From contig NW_027362762.1 of assembly GCF_046119375.1 (NCBI RefSeq), positions 106,082,001 through 106,146,000 on the forward strand: a stretch of 64,000 nucleotides of DNA, written 5' to 3'. This document shows, one piece after another, positions 11,631 through 25,274 of the stretch. The first letter of the stretch is position 1. The number at the start of each line of letters is the position of its first letter. The position numbers and the translations under genes are program-made. The notes beneath the pieces were generated by a model. The model saw nothing but the letters and a program-made list of their open reading frames with translations, was not told where the DNA came from and ran no database searches. This DNA is from Phyllobates terribilis. Taxonomy: Eukaryota.

Positions 11631-14399
11631 GCATACTTAATTCTATTCAATATTAAATCATATAATTAATATTGAGCAGAATTAATTTCAGCTTATTGGT
11701 TCGGCCTCCACAACAGTCATGGTCTCTCATATGGCCCCTTGAGAAAATGAATTGCCCATCCCTGCTCTTTACTGTATAATATGGAAAGAGGGCGGCTTCC
11801 GAGCAGAAGCTGCTTGAAGAATGAACATGTTTCATCTTTTAACAGCTTCGGAGTTTTCCGAACCCTTAAGTGGTTAAAAGAAGTGACCCAAGACTGAACA
11901 TGTGCGCAGCAATGTCATTTTGTCATTACTTTTATAGGTCACTCTTGTAGAAATTTTTTCAGGCGGATTCCCTACAGAATCTGCTTAAGAAAGACATTGT
12001 GTGCACATATCCTAATAGGGTTTCCAGCTTCCAAAATGTCCAGCATTGCAGGCTAGTCTTCATTCCTGCCTGCAAATAAACCACAAGAGAAGTTAAATAT
12101 CATATAGTTAAATATCTTTTTAAATAAACAGGTTTTCTATAAAATGCATGGCACGGCCCAATGCCCCTAATAACCTGTTGTCAGTTTATTTACATATTTC
12201 CAGTAAGGAGTATTAGAATAAAATTATCCAATGTTTTTAATTAATAGGGAATACAGCTATATACAAAAACAGACTAGTCCAGTCTTCACACTTTAATCAG
12301 AAAGGGTTAATTAAAAAAAAAACTTAAGGCCTCATTCACCAAGAGGCTCCTGATTCCTTGAGAAGTGCATGCCAATGAAACTAAGCAGTTTTATTGCTTA
12401 GTGGCCACAGCCGAGTACTGCAGTTAATTGCAGGTCCTAGCAGGCGTCTCTAGTTCTTACTGCTAGGCCGCAAGTCCTTTTGACAAAGTCTATCAATGCT
12501 GTCTGTGCCTCTTGCACTCTCTATGGTCCCCACCCCGCCTTTTGCACCACCCCTGACTGACACCTGTACCATACATCAGTATTGGAAGTAATGGCGCCTC
12601 CATTTCACCATTGCAGGCGTCAATCCTCGAGCAGAGTTTCCTCATGGATCTTCGGTGCTTGATCGACAATGGCTGTCTCCCTGATCTGGGGAGAAGAGAG
12701 CTGGGCTCCGGATTTTGACTGGCGTCATCGGGGTTCGGTATCTTAACTGGTGCAGGTCTGGAATTCGGGCCTTGACCAGCATAGATCGGGCCCTTTGGTC
12801 TTGACCGGCATAGTCGGGGCTCTGGATCTTACCTGGTGTCGTCTGGGTCCTGTTTGCAAGCACCCAGCACTTTGCTGGCACTTGATTCCTGCTCCGGCCT
12901 GTTACTCTGGCCGCAACATCTTCTACTGTGCACGTCTGCACCAAATCTGCTCCTGTTTTGGTGCGCTGGCTTCTTATACCCAGGAACTGAGGCATCAGGA
13001 CACCTGACCTGATGCTTCATCTAGACCCGTCCTACCTGCAACACTTCCTCTTTCTTCTCTCTTTGCAGGGTTCTGTCTGAACAGCAGATGGCAGTCTTTA
13101 ATCACAAATGGTGCACAGTGCTGAGAAATCTCATTTTTCATTGTACGCTCTCCTACACATAATCAATTGTTTAGTCCTGGACAACCCCTTTAAGGAAAAT
13201 ATATTTTTTTTAAATTTTGACTGTTTTTAATTTTGGCAGTACTCTACATTTCAAAATTAGATACAAAATATTTTTCTATTTTGGCAATAATCTCCGAGCA
13301 ATAGAAGGCCTGAAAGCAGCTACAGATCTTAGTTTACTGTTGATGTAAAATAATCTCATTATAGTAGAAGGTTGGAGATTGATGGGAGACTAACAGAATG
13401 ACCGCTCTATTACTCTCTTAATATGACTAAATAAACATGATGGACAAGGAAATACAGTTAAAAACTCAAAATCCATCCCAGTATTGTCATGCTAGGTATG
13501 GGAAGGACCCAGTGTACGACGAAGGGAAAATGGGGGAAGCCCAGCAACTAGGGAAAGGGAGAGTGGAGACCCCCCTAGGCAGATCTAACAACATGTTACA
13601 TGCACGCCGCTAGGTTCAGATGGGGTGAGACCGGTTTCATGAATTCATTGGGATCCTGGTGGAACCGTTACTCAGAGCGACCATAGGCTGCAGCTTCTCT
13701 CAGGCACACGATAGATTCAATTGCTGACCAGACACATCTGACAAGAGTCTTTTTCAACAGATTAACAGGTGAATTTAATCTGAGGCACAGCCAGTGCAAT
13801 TCAGGGATATTACAGCCACAATCTTCATTATAGTACAGTCTGAGTTTCTTGAGCAACCGGCTCCAGTAACAATACAGTAGTTTCTTCACAAGGCACAGTA
13901 TTACAGTCTCTTCGGTAGCATAATTCAGCATAGATTGGATCTCTTAGCAGCACACTTCTATGCATACACAACCACAGGCTTTTCCTTCACAAGGACACAA
14001 TATTATACAGTATTCTTTATCTTGCATGGAGATGGAGGGGGGAGGGTTTGATGAGGGAGATGATCCCTGTAACACAATTCCTTCCAGTCCTTATCTCCCT
14101 GCCTGATAATACTCTGCACTGTTAGTTCGGGGAGCTTATCTAACCTGTGTTTAGTTTCTCTCCTGATCTGAATCCTGTTCAGTTGACTTCTGTCAGATCC
14201 AGATAACACACCACCTTTCTCTTCGGCTTCAGCCAGACTACAATAACAAGTTCCCCACAATCCCCCTGGGGCTCTGCTAAAACACTCCCTGTCTTCTTTG
14301 ACTGTGTTAACCCCTCTAGTTGCTGGATGCTTCTGAAGCAACAGCACTACTTCTGCATGTCGCCAACATCCTGACTCCCCTTCATCACTGAGCTTCAGC

Positions 14400-15010
14400 C
14401 CATCTTTCTTGGCACTAGCAGCAGTCTCATCATTTATCATCACTGACTTGTATCCCAGCTTTCCTATCCTCAAAAGCTGTCCCAGCATTGGCAGCAGTCT
14501 CCAAAAGTATCATTACTGAACTGCAACCCAGATTTCATAGCATCAGCAGCAATCTCGCATCTCCGTCTCTATTATTATTATTATTAATCTCAGAATTCAT
14601 CATTATGCACTTTTCCATTGTTGACAGCAGTTTCAGAATGTATCATCACTGAACTGAAATCCTAGATTTCCCAGCATTGGCAACAATCTCAGAAAGTATC
14701 ATCACTGAGCTGCAACCCACCTTTCCCATTGTCAGCAGCCATCTCCGAACATATCAATACTGAGCTGCAACCCAGCTTTCAGATTGTCAGCAGCAGTCGG
14801 TATATATCATTCATCACTAAACTGCAACCTAGCTTTCCCAGAATTGGCAACAGTCTCAAAGTATAATCACTAAACTGCAATCCAGCATTTCTAGCATCAG
14901 CAGCAGTGTTGGCAGTATTCTGAGAAAGCATGATTATTACTGAGCGGCAACACAGCCCTCCTAGCATCAGCAGCAGTCTGAGAACTTATCACTGAGCAGT
15001 AACTAAGCTT
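14400..15010. repeat. Degenerate ~57-bp tandem repeat
   Basis: Recurring CAGCAGTCTC...TATCATCACTGA(G/A)CTGCAACCCAGCTTTCC units, roughly 10 copies. Confidence 0.7.
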
Positions 15011-15867
15011 CCCCATAGACTACATTATTGCAGTAGTAGTTTAATCCAAGTAGTGGGAAAGCTGGGTTACAGCTAGTGTCAAGTGAGCTGCCGTGATCTT
15101 CTGAAAAGTGGAAACGTTAGGTTAGAGGCCAATAGTCTATTGCGGTCTGCCTTGATCAATGAGCTCCTAAGTTTTGCACAGTTGGTTTACACTATAATAA
15201 TCTGATGCAGTGAGTGCACCTAAGTGCTCCTTTCACATCCAGGAAACGCTGTAAGGTACAGCAGAGTGCACAAGATTTGAATTTAAGAAAACTTCTTACA
15301 TTGCACAAAACATTGGAGTTGGACAATTCCTATGGGAGGCACTGTGCTCTAAGCTTATGTAGAATGCCTGTAATAAAAAAAAAAAAAAAAAAAAATCCTA
15401 TTGTGGAAACAAACTACCCATCCAGCTCACAGTTTGAGAAGCACTGCCCTAAGGTACAGTCAAATGCTTTAGGTTTGTAATGTAAGAAAACTTTACATTG
15501 CACCAAAAGTTGGACGATTTTCGTGGGAGGCGTTGTGCTCTGAGCCTCCATAGACCTAAAAACAAAGTTACAATTCAAATCACCTTCAATTGAATAGTAA
15601 GCCTATTGGACTCCAAGTATACTCAATATTGCTAGACATAAAATACAACTTTTACATAATGATGGTAAAATAGTCATTAGTAAACACAAAAATACTTTGG
15701 AAGCATAACATTATATGCCTATCCATGTCAAATAACTGTCTATATATCAACCACTATACTATTTTATACTACCCGTTAGAATATCTGGTCAGTGGACCAA
15801 AATCATAGTGGGTCATCACTTTTGGTCGCTGGTAAACAATGCTGTGCAGGTACACTATCAGAAGTAA

Positions 15868-16479
15868 AGCCCCCGTCTCACATAGCGAGATCGCTGCTGT
15901 GTCACGGTTTTGGTGACGCAACAGCGACCTCACCAGCGATGTCGCTATGTGTGACACTTTGCAGCGATCAGGCCCCTGCTGTGAGGTCGCTGATCGCTGC
16001 AAAGTGTGCTGGACCATTTTTTGGTCGTTGCCCTCCCGCTGGTCAGCACACATCGCTGTGTGTGACCAGCGGGAGCAGCGATCAGGCTGGTAACCATGAT
16101 AAACATCGGGTTACTAGGGGCACACGCGCACTTAGTAACCCGCTGTTTATCATGGTTACGAGCCTGCTAAAGTGAGCGGTAACCTCCCGCTCACCGTAGC
16201 AGAGTGGTAACCATGATAAACAGCGGGTTACTAGGTGCGCGTGTGCCCCTAGTAACCCGATGTTTATCATGGTTACCAGCCTGCTCCTGCTTCAGCAGGC
16301 TGGTAACCAGGAGCAGGACATTGTGGAAAGATTCTTTCCACGATGTCGCTGCTCCCCTGATCGTTGGTGAGCCTGCCTGTTTGACAGCTCACCAGCGACC
16401 ACATAGCGACGCAGCAACGATCCCTGACAGGTCGTATCGTTGTCGGGATCGTTGCAGCGTCGCTAAGTGTGACGGGGCC
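15868..16479. mobile_element. Harbinger-like MITE with internal inverted repeats
   Basis: Termini (A)GCCCCCGTCTCACA...TGTGACGGGGCC|tta; internal palindromic GGTAACCATGATAAAC/GTTTATCATGGTTAC blocks. Confidence 0.7.
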
Positions 16480-17280
16480 TTAACACAACATTATAGCCAT
16501 AAAGCCACAGGTCTTACCATTTCTGTCCACATACGGTAGCAAAGTGTTCTAATCCAACAGGTTGAAAAGTCCAGTGATTGGCAGCTGTCCCTCGTATGCC
16601 CTTGTGGGGGGCTAGTATACCTTATAGACCTAATCTCAGTTTCCCCTTTCTTGTAATGGTTCTCCTGAATCAGGGACTTTGCCATAATAAAATGTCCCTA
16701 ACATGCCCCTATTAAAATAAGCATTGTCCTGAAATGGCATGTTTCTGTCTAAAAAAAAAAAATAAAAATAAGGGGGGCTCATTTTGGGACATAAAGCTTA
16801 AGGAACCTGTAAAATGGTGTCAGGTAAGTACTACAATCCTGCCTACCATACACTTGTCTGTAACTGCAGATGGTTAATATATAAAGTATGTTGATGGACC
16901 GAGGGCAGAATATCATGCATGTATTTCAGGGCCAATATCCATTAAGGGAGACTGCTCATTAGATTACGTGTGGATGTGGCATACTTGTACGTCCTTTTAC
17001 TTCTACTTGTAGAAAGCGTGTGTCGTAATTGGCTCCTCCGAACATACCGATGAGATGAGAAGTGTGCTAATTGTCAGTGGATCGATGCCACTTCATTACT
17101 TTTAATTGAGTCCTGCTAATGATGAGCCAATCTGAGGAAATTCTATTCTCATGGAAGTTATTCGATATTAATTGAATGTTCCTTACATAATTCATCTCTT
17201 CACTTTACATGGGACGTTTGTGAGGAAGGAGCCTCCCTCTCCTACAATTTCAGCTCATCAGAACTCTATTTTTTTTTATA

Positions 17281-18790
17281 ACAGTCTTCGTCTCTATCTT
17301 GAACCATGGCAACTTGATGGATGAACCATTTTTGGAACATCGATCTTGTGCAAGCCTAGATAGGCCCACCAGGGTCTTTTCCACCATCATCTTGATAATA
17401 TCAAGCCATTGGGTTGCTGATCTTCCTCTTCACCTTGTTCCTTCTATTCTTTCATCCATGATGTCCTTCTCCAGTAATTTGCCCTCTTTATATGATGTGT
17501 CCAGAGTAGACAAGTCGTAGCTTGGTGACCCTTGTTTTGAGTGACATGTCTGGCTTGACAGGATGCAGCCTTGTCTAATGTCTCGCTTTACTTTAAACCA
17601 TGCCGTTTCTCCGTGTTCCATTTGGACTGTTGCTTCTTGGTCGATGTGGAGGTTACTAATGAGGCTGATCAGTTGGGTTGGCACATCCATATATTTTTCT
17701 GGCATGAGTTATGAGAGAAATAGTTTGATAGTTTCCACAGTCTGCAGCATCTCCTTTCTTCGGAGTAGGAATAAACACTGATCTTGTCCAGTCCTTGGAC
17801 CAATTACCAGTTGTCCGTATCTGTTGACACAGGTGAGTGATGACATCAACTGCTGCTTCAAAAGACTTTATTAGTGCTATTGGAATATTGTCAGATTCAG
17901 GCGCTTTGTGGTTTGATTGATGCTTTATCACAGCAACGACTTCATCTTTCAGGATGTTCGTCTCTCTATCATTTCCAGTCTCAGTTTCTTCCCATATCTC
18001 TGAGTTGTTCTCGTAGAGGTGCTCTGTGTAGTCTTTCCAACTTTACTTGATCTGTTTTGGCTCAGTTAGTTTGTTCCTGTTGGCATCCTTCAACATTTCC
18101 CCACTTGGTTCAAACTTTCATTGTATCTCTTTGATCTTTAGGTATGCCTTCTTGGTCTTGCCTCTCAGATGTTCGTTTTCTATCTTTGTACATATCTTTT
18201 GGTAATAAAGTTCTTTGCTCGAATGGCTGTCTTTTAGCCTTTTACTGATGTTGTCTGCGTCCTACTTGTTACCTTTTGGCTTTTGCTATTCGTCTTTCTT
18301 CGATAATCTGTAGGGTCTCTTCTGCTAAGGGGTCTCTAATGCTTACTGTTTGTCTTACTGGCTTCATCAGTAATAAGTCTTTTATGTGATTCCATAATTC
18401 CTCAGGCTTGCTTTCATTGATGTCCAGTGATGTAAATTGGTTTTGCAGACCGTCCCAAAAAACGTTAAGTATGTTGGTGGAACCGAAGTTGGAAACTGCC
18501 TGTTGTCTAGTCCGATTGCACAGCTTGACTCTAATCTTTGATTTCAAAAGTTCATGATCAGTTCCACAGTCAGCTACTGGCTTTATTTTCACGGTAATAA
18601 TCGACAACCTCCATCTTTGGCGAACACATATGTAGTCAATCAGATTCTATAGGCCCCATTCGATGATGTCCATGTGTAGAGTCTTCTTTTGTGATTTTGG
18701 AAGAAGATGTTCATGATGGACAGTTGATTTGTCATACATAAGTTAATGAATCTTCCTCCAGCCTCGTTTCATTCACCAAGTCCAAAGTTT
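17281..18790 (-). mobile_element. Decayed RTE-clade (BovB-related) LINE fragment, internally deleted
   Basis: Peptides ADCGTDHELLKSKIRVKL, WTRSVFIPTPKKGDAADCGNYQTISLITHA, ETAWFKVKRDIRQGCILS and LEKDIMDERIEGTR are typical of the RTE ORF; many stops and frameshifts. Confidence 0.85.
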
Positions 18791-19546
18791 AGAACAACGG
18801 TTAGTTACATGTTTTGGAACCAATGGTTTCAACTCTTCTTTACCTATATTAAAAAAAAAAAATTTATTTAACTTTTTTGATTTTGGGAAGGGGGGTTAAG
18901 TGGTATATGCACGCATAATACACATGTAGATCAACTGGATGCCAATTCAGTAGGTCAATACCACCAATGAAAATGTAATCCTAGGAAGTCCGACTAGTAT
19001 CTTGCACCATAAGTCACACATAATTCACACTATGTAGTTAGCTCCTTCTGCTGTGGTCAATCTTATTTTTTTACCTCCTACTTAGTCCTGTCGGAATAGC
19101 CATATGAGATCCAGATTGTGTGAGGAGTTGTAGTTGTGTGTACTGAAAAACAAGAAAGAATTAACTTTGTGTGGTGGAATGGAGAGAATGTAAGTCCCAA
19201 TTGTTGCTTGGACTTTATTTTATAGCCTACAGTGCAGTAATGATGTTATTACGTACTTTGTTATCCAGTCCTGTACAGTTATGGCAATAACAAATATATG
19301 TAGTAATACGTCACTGATTTAAAAAAAATAAAAGTCGTAAAAGACCCATAACTTTTTTTATTTTTCTGTTTGTTTGAGCTGTGTGAGGGCTTTTTATTTT
19401 TCCAGGCTGAGCTGTAGTCCGTATTGGTAATTGATATTGTATTGGTGCGTTTTAAGGTTAAATATGACCTTTTTGTTCCTTTTTTTTGGAGGCAAACTGT
19501 ATAAAAAAAATAAAAAAAATTCTGCCTTTTTTTTTTTTTCTTTATA

Positions 19547-20284
19547 CGAGGGTTAGTCAATAAGTAATGCCTCCTATTTTTTTCTCCTTAAATAAGGTAG
19601 TTATGTTAAATATTCGAATTTGGCACAATTCCTCAAACCTTCTTCTCCAATCCACAGCAATTGCAACTTCCTGCACCAACACGTGGCAGGACTGTATCCG
19701 TTTGCAAAATGGCTGACATCGATGTTCGTATTAGACAACGTTCTGTGATTGAATTCTTGCATGCAGAAGGTGAAACGCCCATTCCAATTCATGAGAGACT
19801 GAAAGATGTGTACGGTGATGCAACAGTGGATGTCAGTACTGTTAGACGATGGGCTCGTCGCTGTAACACAGCTGAAGGGCCATCACCGATGGCTGACAAA
19901 ATGCGGCGTGGCAGGCCAGTAACCGCAGTGACTCCAAGCAACATTCAGCGAGTCGATGGCATCATTCGTGGTGACCGCCGGGTGACTGCAGATGAATTGT
20001 GTGGCATTATCTGCCTCAGTAAAGGCAGTGTGATGACAATTATTGGACAACTGGGATACAGAAAAGTTTGTGCACGGTGGGTCCCATGAATGCTTTTTAC
20101 CATGCTGGAATACATGCCCTTGTTAAACGGTGGACCCAGACTGTGGAAATGGATGGAGACTATATTGAAAAGTGACAAATTAATAGTTAATGTTGTGGTT
20201 TTCAACCTATGTAATTGCATTTGAATTTCTTGCCAATTAAAAGGAGAAAAAAAATAGGCGGCATTACTTATTGACTGACCCTCG
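19547..20284 (+). mobile_element. Internally deleted mariner element (irritans/Hsmar2-like TIR), TA TSD
   Basis: ta|CGAGGGTTAGTCAATAAGTAATGCC...GGCATTACTTATTGACTGACCCTCG|ta; catalytic DD34D region absent. Confidence 0.88.
19709..20089 (+). pseudogene. Mariner transposase N-terminal DNA-binding domain only (126 aa, ends at WVP)
   Basis: MADIDVRIRQRSVIEFL...VSTVRRW...GRP...YRKVCARWVP*; the C-terminal remnant FYHAGIHALVKRW...GDYIEK follows out of frame. Confidence 0.8.
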
Positions 20285-22023
20285 TATGTGAGATATAGTG
20301 CAATATTAATATTTCTGATGTTAAAAATGTTTATTTGTAATATTTATGGAATGGGAACAAGGTGTTATTTTAATTTTGTATATTTTTGAGGTTTTGTTAA
20401 ATATATTCTTTAATTATTATCTTTTTTTTTTAACATTGAGTGGTCACATCACTTAGGGGTGTGGTAACTGAGGAGGCCCTCATGGATCTGACCATTTAGA
20501 TGCTGTGGTTGATATTGACTGTAGCATCTTATGGATTAAACAGTTATAATCAAAGCTTAATTCTGACAGTGGCAGTTACGGGCAAGCGTTCTATATATGG
20601 AGTCAGACGGCTTATTATTAAGGGGGCTAGGTGTCAGACCCCTGTGATCTGATATTGACGACCTAGAATAGGTCATCCATATTATATGACTGGACAAATT
20701 TGACTTTTTCAAAAATTTAATTTTAAGGTTGAAATTTAAAAATCGTGATTCAAAATAATTTATTATTTTTAAATTGACCCCAAAAATTAATGTTGGAAAT
20801 ATTTGTTCTCTAGTTGGTGAAATTCTCTCACTTGGCTGTTTCCAGTTGTAGCTCAACCGCCATGTAAGCTCACTATGGTCATGTGCAAGTATAGGTGGGG
20901 AAAGAAAGGGGTTCCATGTTCTTTCAATCAGTGGGGTGGCAGTGATTAGAACCCCACTAGCAGAACCTAAGACATGTATAGATTATATACGTATCTCCGA
21001 AATACCAATATAATGATTTGATGCCTTTACACTATTGTTCTATGCTTGAAACTCAAGACCGTGAAAATACGCAATTAATAAGACATTAGCTGTAAATGAC
21101 GCCAGAACAGTAATTGTAGGCAGTTGATACATATTTCATAGTATTCCAGATACAGTGCGAACTTTCATGTTTAGTGTCATTGGTTTTTCCGAGATCTAAT
21201 CATACAAAAGTCAGACCTGACAAATGATTATTACTTCAGCGCGGAGTTTTATTCCTAATGAATCAATAAATTCTAAAGTTTAATTGCTGAACATGAGAAG
21301 CTGGATTATACATCAGGAAAGAACTAAGCTGAAAAGTCCAAGGGTCTAGAAGACTTATTGATTTGTGGGGAGAGGTAAACGTGCCTGATGGGAGCACTGA
21401 TCATTGCTAAAAATTTGGCTCAATTTACGTGATATGACCAGAAGTGGAACTAGAAAGTGCTTTGATCGATTGAAAACTTTTGAATGTCCCCTTGAGCATT
21501 TACCATATTGATGTGGAAGTTAAGATATACATTCAGACCACGATGTGTTAACCAAAAACACACAACTTCTTCTGTGAAGGTAAAACCCAAAGAGTAAGCA
21601 TAGACATTAGCAGAACATGCTGGGACCATGGTACCACAGACAACCATCCAAATAATCAGGAAATTCAGGACGGGGCCACGGGTGATTAACACTTCAAAAT
21701 CCAATCACTTAGATCAATTCAGATCATCAGATCTATTCTCTGTATTGATTAGAACCTATACTGGAACCTTTTGATAAAATCAGACCCCAAGGTCAGACTT
21801 CAAAATTGATGTCCACATTTATAAGTTTACATGTAAATTTATTCAGATCCTGAAATTAATTCAAACCCCCAAACTAGTCCTCTAAGTAAATTCAGACCTC
21901 TAAATGAATCAAGACCTTAGAACAGACCCCTATATTTACATGGGTTGATAATTGACGAACGTTAACTATCATCGTCCCATGTAAACATGCCACCAATCGG
22001 CTAACGAGCACGCAAAACACTAA

Positions 22024-22516
22024 GGCTATGTTCACACATTGCGTTTTTTCAGCTTTTTTTTTTTAATACAAATTTTCACCTGCGTTTTACAGTACCAGCA
22101 AAGTCTATGAGATTTCAGGAATCTCATGCACACACACTGTTTTTTTTTTGTCATCAGTATTTTGTGCTTTGCATGGTTTTTAGCACAATAGAGCAGGTCA
22201 CTTGTTTCAGCGTTTTTGCAGCGTTTTTCACCACTTGAAAATAATGGGCAGTGACAAAAACACTGAAAAAAGCTGCAAAAGCGCAGGTATCAGGTTTTGC
22301 TGTTTTTTTTGTGGCAAAACCTGATTTAGTTGAATAGGCTATTTATTTTTTTTCACTGAACTTGATCAGCAGACATAAAGAGACAAATGGACAGTGAAAA
22401 ATACGCAGTATAAATCAAGCAGAACCTGCTTTTTGGAGGCAGAAACTTTACTGCCAAGAGATCCGGTTTTGCTGCAGAAAAAAAGCGCTGAAAAAACGTC
22501 TACTGTAAACATACCC
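22024..22516. mobile_element. MITE, same family as 3559-4322
   Basis: taa|GGCTATGTTCACAC...GTAAACATACCC|taa with shared internal blocks. Confidence 0.65.
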
Positions 22517-24491
22517 TAATTCATCGGCTGATTGCTCCGTTTATCCTTGACGGCAGCTGCCGACATACTGTATATCTCTAATGACATTGTATCCACCTGT
22601 AGGAACAGGGCATTAAACGAGCATGCAATTAGCACTCCTTTATGGAAAGTAATAACCCCCTTGAAATGACCCCTAAGTTAGTGCTACCACAGACCAGGTA
22701 TTAAAAGGAGTTCAGATCCCGGACTAAGTGCTAAAATGTATTTAGATCTCAGGTCTTAACCCACTAAAGTAAATTCAAACTACTCTGATTACTTACCACT
22801 TACTTTTCACTTCCAGACACTGCTGCTTTGTTTCATGCTTTGCACTGCAGCTTTGCTTCCTCAGATTGACTGTTGTGTTAAAGCACAAAATCACTCAGAA
22901 GTTGTGAGGACCAGATTTATATTACGGGATTGATTTAAGGTTTAATAGATTTGCTGCTGATACAATACAGCAAAGCCTGCAGTTCCTCTTTACTAATGTC
23001 TAAGACTACATTCACACATCCGTGTTACACATTTGTCTGCTGTCCACTTTTTTCAGACCGTACATGGACCCATAATTGAAATGTTTTAAAAAAACAGATG
23101 CATTTTAATCAAGTCCGCATCTCTGATCTGTGAAACTCAGAACATGTCTTATTCCCATGACTCTGCTATTAAAGACGACCTTTCACTAGTTTGGGTATGA
23201 TCAGTTGGCTGCATCATGGGATAGTGGCTGCGAACCTGAATTAAAAAGTATTTTTTAGTTTTATTTTCTAGCCTTCATTGGGGAGATATTAGCTTGTAAA
23301 GTTTAGATTCCAATTTATCATAAGCCCAATTGGGTGTTACCAAAGATTTGTCTCTGGGAACCTGTACTTTTTCCTCTGAATGATGTTGAATCATAAGCAT
23401 GTGGCATCTTGCAGGGGAAAAAAGAACACTCCAGCAGATTAGAAAAATATGCATTCTCCTGTAAGACATGTAATGACAAATGGGCTTGATGTCTACAGTT
23501 TTTATCTCACAGCAGTCAGTATGGGAGTAGGGGCAGAGCTGACAACCCTGCCAGAGGAGAACTGCAGCTGCAGAGGTGTTTGTAATGATGCTCAGCTCTA
23601 CTCTCCCTGGCTGAGTGCTGTGAGATAAAAGCTGGAGGTGTTTGTAATCACCCTCAGCTTTGCTTCCTCACTCACACACTCACACACACACACTGACTGC
23701 TATGATATTGAAGCTGGAGGTGTTGGTAATCACACTCACCTCAGCTGTAGCTGCAGAGATCTGGGCTGAAAGCAGGGCTATGTGTCATAACATGTCTCAG
23801 GAGAGAGCGTGTTATTTTACCTTTTTTTCCCCTGCATGATGCCCCTGCTTATGATTGGTCAGCGTCATGCAAGGAAAAAAGTACACTCCCCCATAGAGAA
23901 ATCTCTGGTAACACCCACTTGGGTGTATCATAAATTAAAATATAAAGTTTACAAGCTAATATCTCCGCAACAGAGATGAGAAATAAAAAAATAAAAAAGT
24001 CTTATTCAGTTCTTCAGCCACTATTCCATGATGTGACCGATTTTAACACGCTGAAGCTGAAACTCCTATGGTGGGCATGTCTTTGTTGGTATAACTTGTT
24101 GTTGTCTTGATTTATAAATCTTCAGCCGCCATTACCCCCTAACCACTGTAGGTGTAAACATATATTCCTCTACTGAAACCCTACACCCACTGTATAGTAT
24201 GAAAAGAGCTGTTTCATTGTGTCCTGCAAACCTGAAAGGAAGATGTCCATCTCGATTTCATTGAGATTTGAGGAGCAGTGGTCACCACGCCTTGTCACAC
24301 CCCTGTCTTGTCCCAGCTTTGCCAACTTTGTCGGAGCTGGGTGAAACTAGGGTGAAAATGCCAAAAATCACAACATTTTTTGTGAAATCTTTTTTTTCAA
24401 TGCTTTTTATGCTAGAACTCTACCACAGGATGTTTGGGCAACTACTCTCATTGTACCCACTTTTGGATGTAGCTCCCTGAAACGTGGCCAC

Positions 24492-24935
24492 TAGAGATGA
24501 GCAGATCAGGTAAAATTCAAATTTAAGAAACTCGAGCAATTTTCTATTTGCAGAGAAATTATGGAATTGAATGTCTCTTATGATGATCTGGGGTCTCTCC
24601 AAACCCCAGAGCATGATGAACATTAAAAAAAAATCCTTATATTAACCTCACCGCTCATTACTCCAGATCCTTCGCTCCTCACCGTCACTCGTCGGGTCCT
24701 TGCTCATCTTCTAATAACTGCCGATGCCGATTGAGGGTTCTACACGCATGCGCTGAACTGTCCTGGGCCTTAACAGAGCAGAAGTCCGGTCCAAGAATGA
24801 GAGGCCAGGTGATTTCAGTGGTGATCAGAAGATGGCAGTGATCAGAATGTGCGTTGAGGTACAGGCCAGTGACAGTGAGGAGTGGAGGGGCCTAAGATGA
24901 GTTGAATATAATGATTTTTTTATTAATATTTAACC
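24492..24935. mobile_element. hAT-like MITE remnant (TAGAGATGAGC start)
   Basis: Terminus resembles 62276-62586; internal inverted segments; right end unclear. Confidence 0.4.
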
Positions 24936-25274
24936 ATTTGATGACCCTTTACTGTTCAGAAAAATAGAAGACAGCAGCCACCATTTTGATGAATCAGCAT
25001 GGAAGCGAATTAAGGAAAATACACATTTTGTCAATATCTGATGTTCAGGAGCAACTTCAGAATCACAAGATCTCTCTTGTAAAGAGCTCTCCTGCTTTGT
25101 TTCCTGTACAGGAGACAGAGGGTTACTTGAGTGAGTTGGATCTGAATCAGCATTTGAAGGGGGAATTGGCCCAGTCTTTGTGTTAGTTTGTGTCAAACCA
25201 GCACACAAATAGACCTGGAGGTGTCTGTCCTAACTAAGGCTGTAAGGGCGCCTCTGCCTACGATGTAGTGCTAC

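Noticed and set aside
12600-13020. GC-rich segment with overlapping short ORFs
   Set aside because: No recognisable protein motif or element boundaries; likely a decayed repeat.
17110-17150. TGATGAG...GGAAA as a minimal hammerhead
   Set aside because: Lacks the CUGA core, has only a 2-bp stem II, and no stems I/III.
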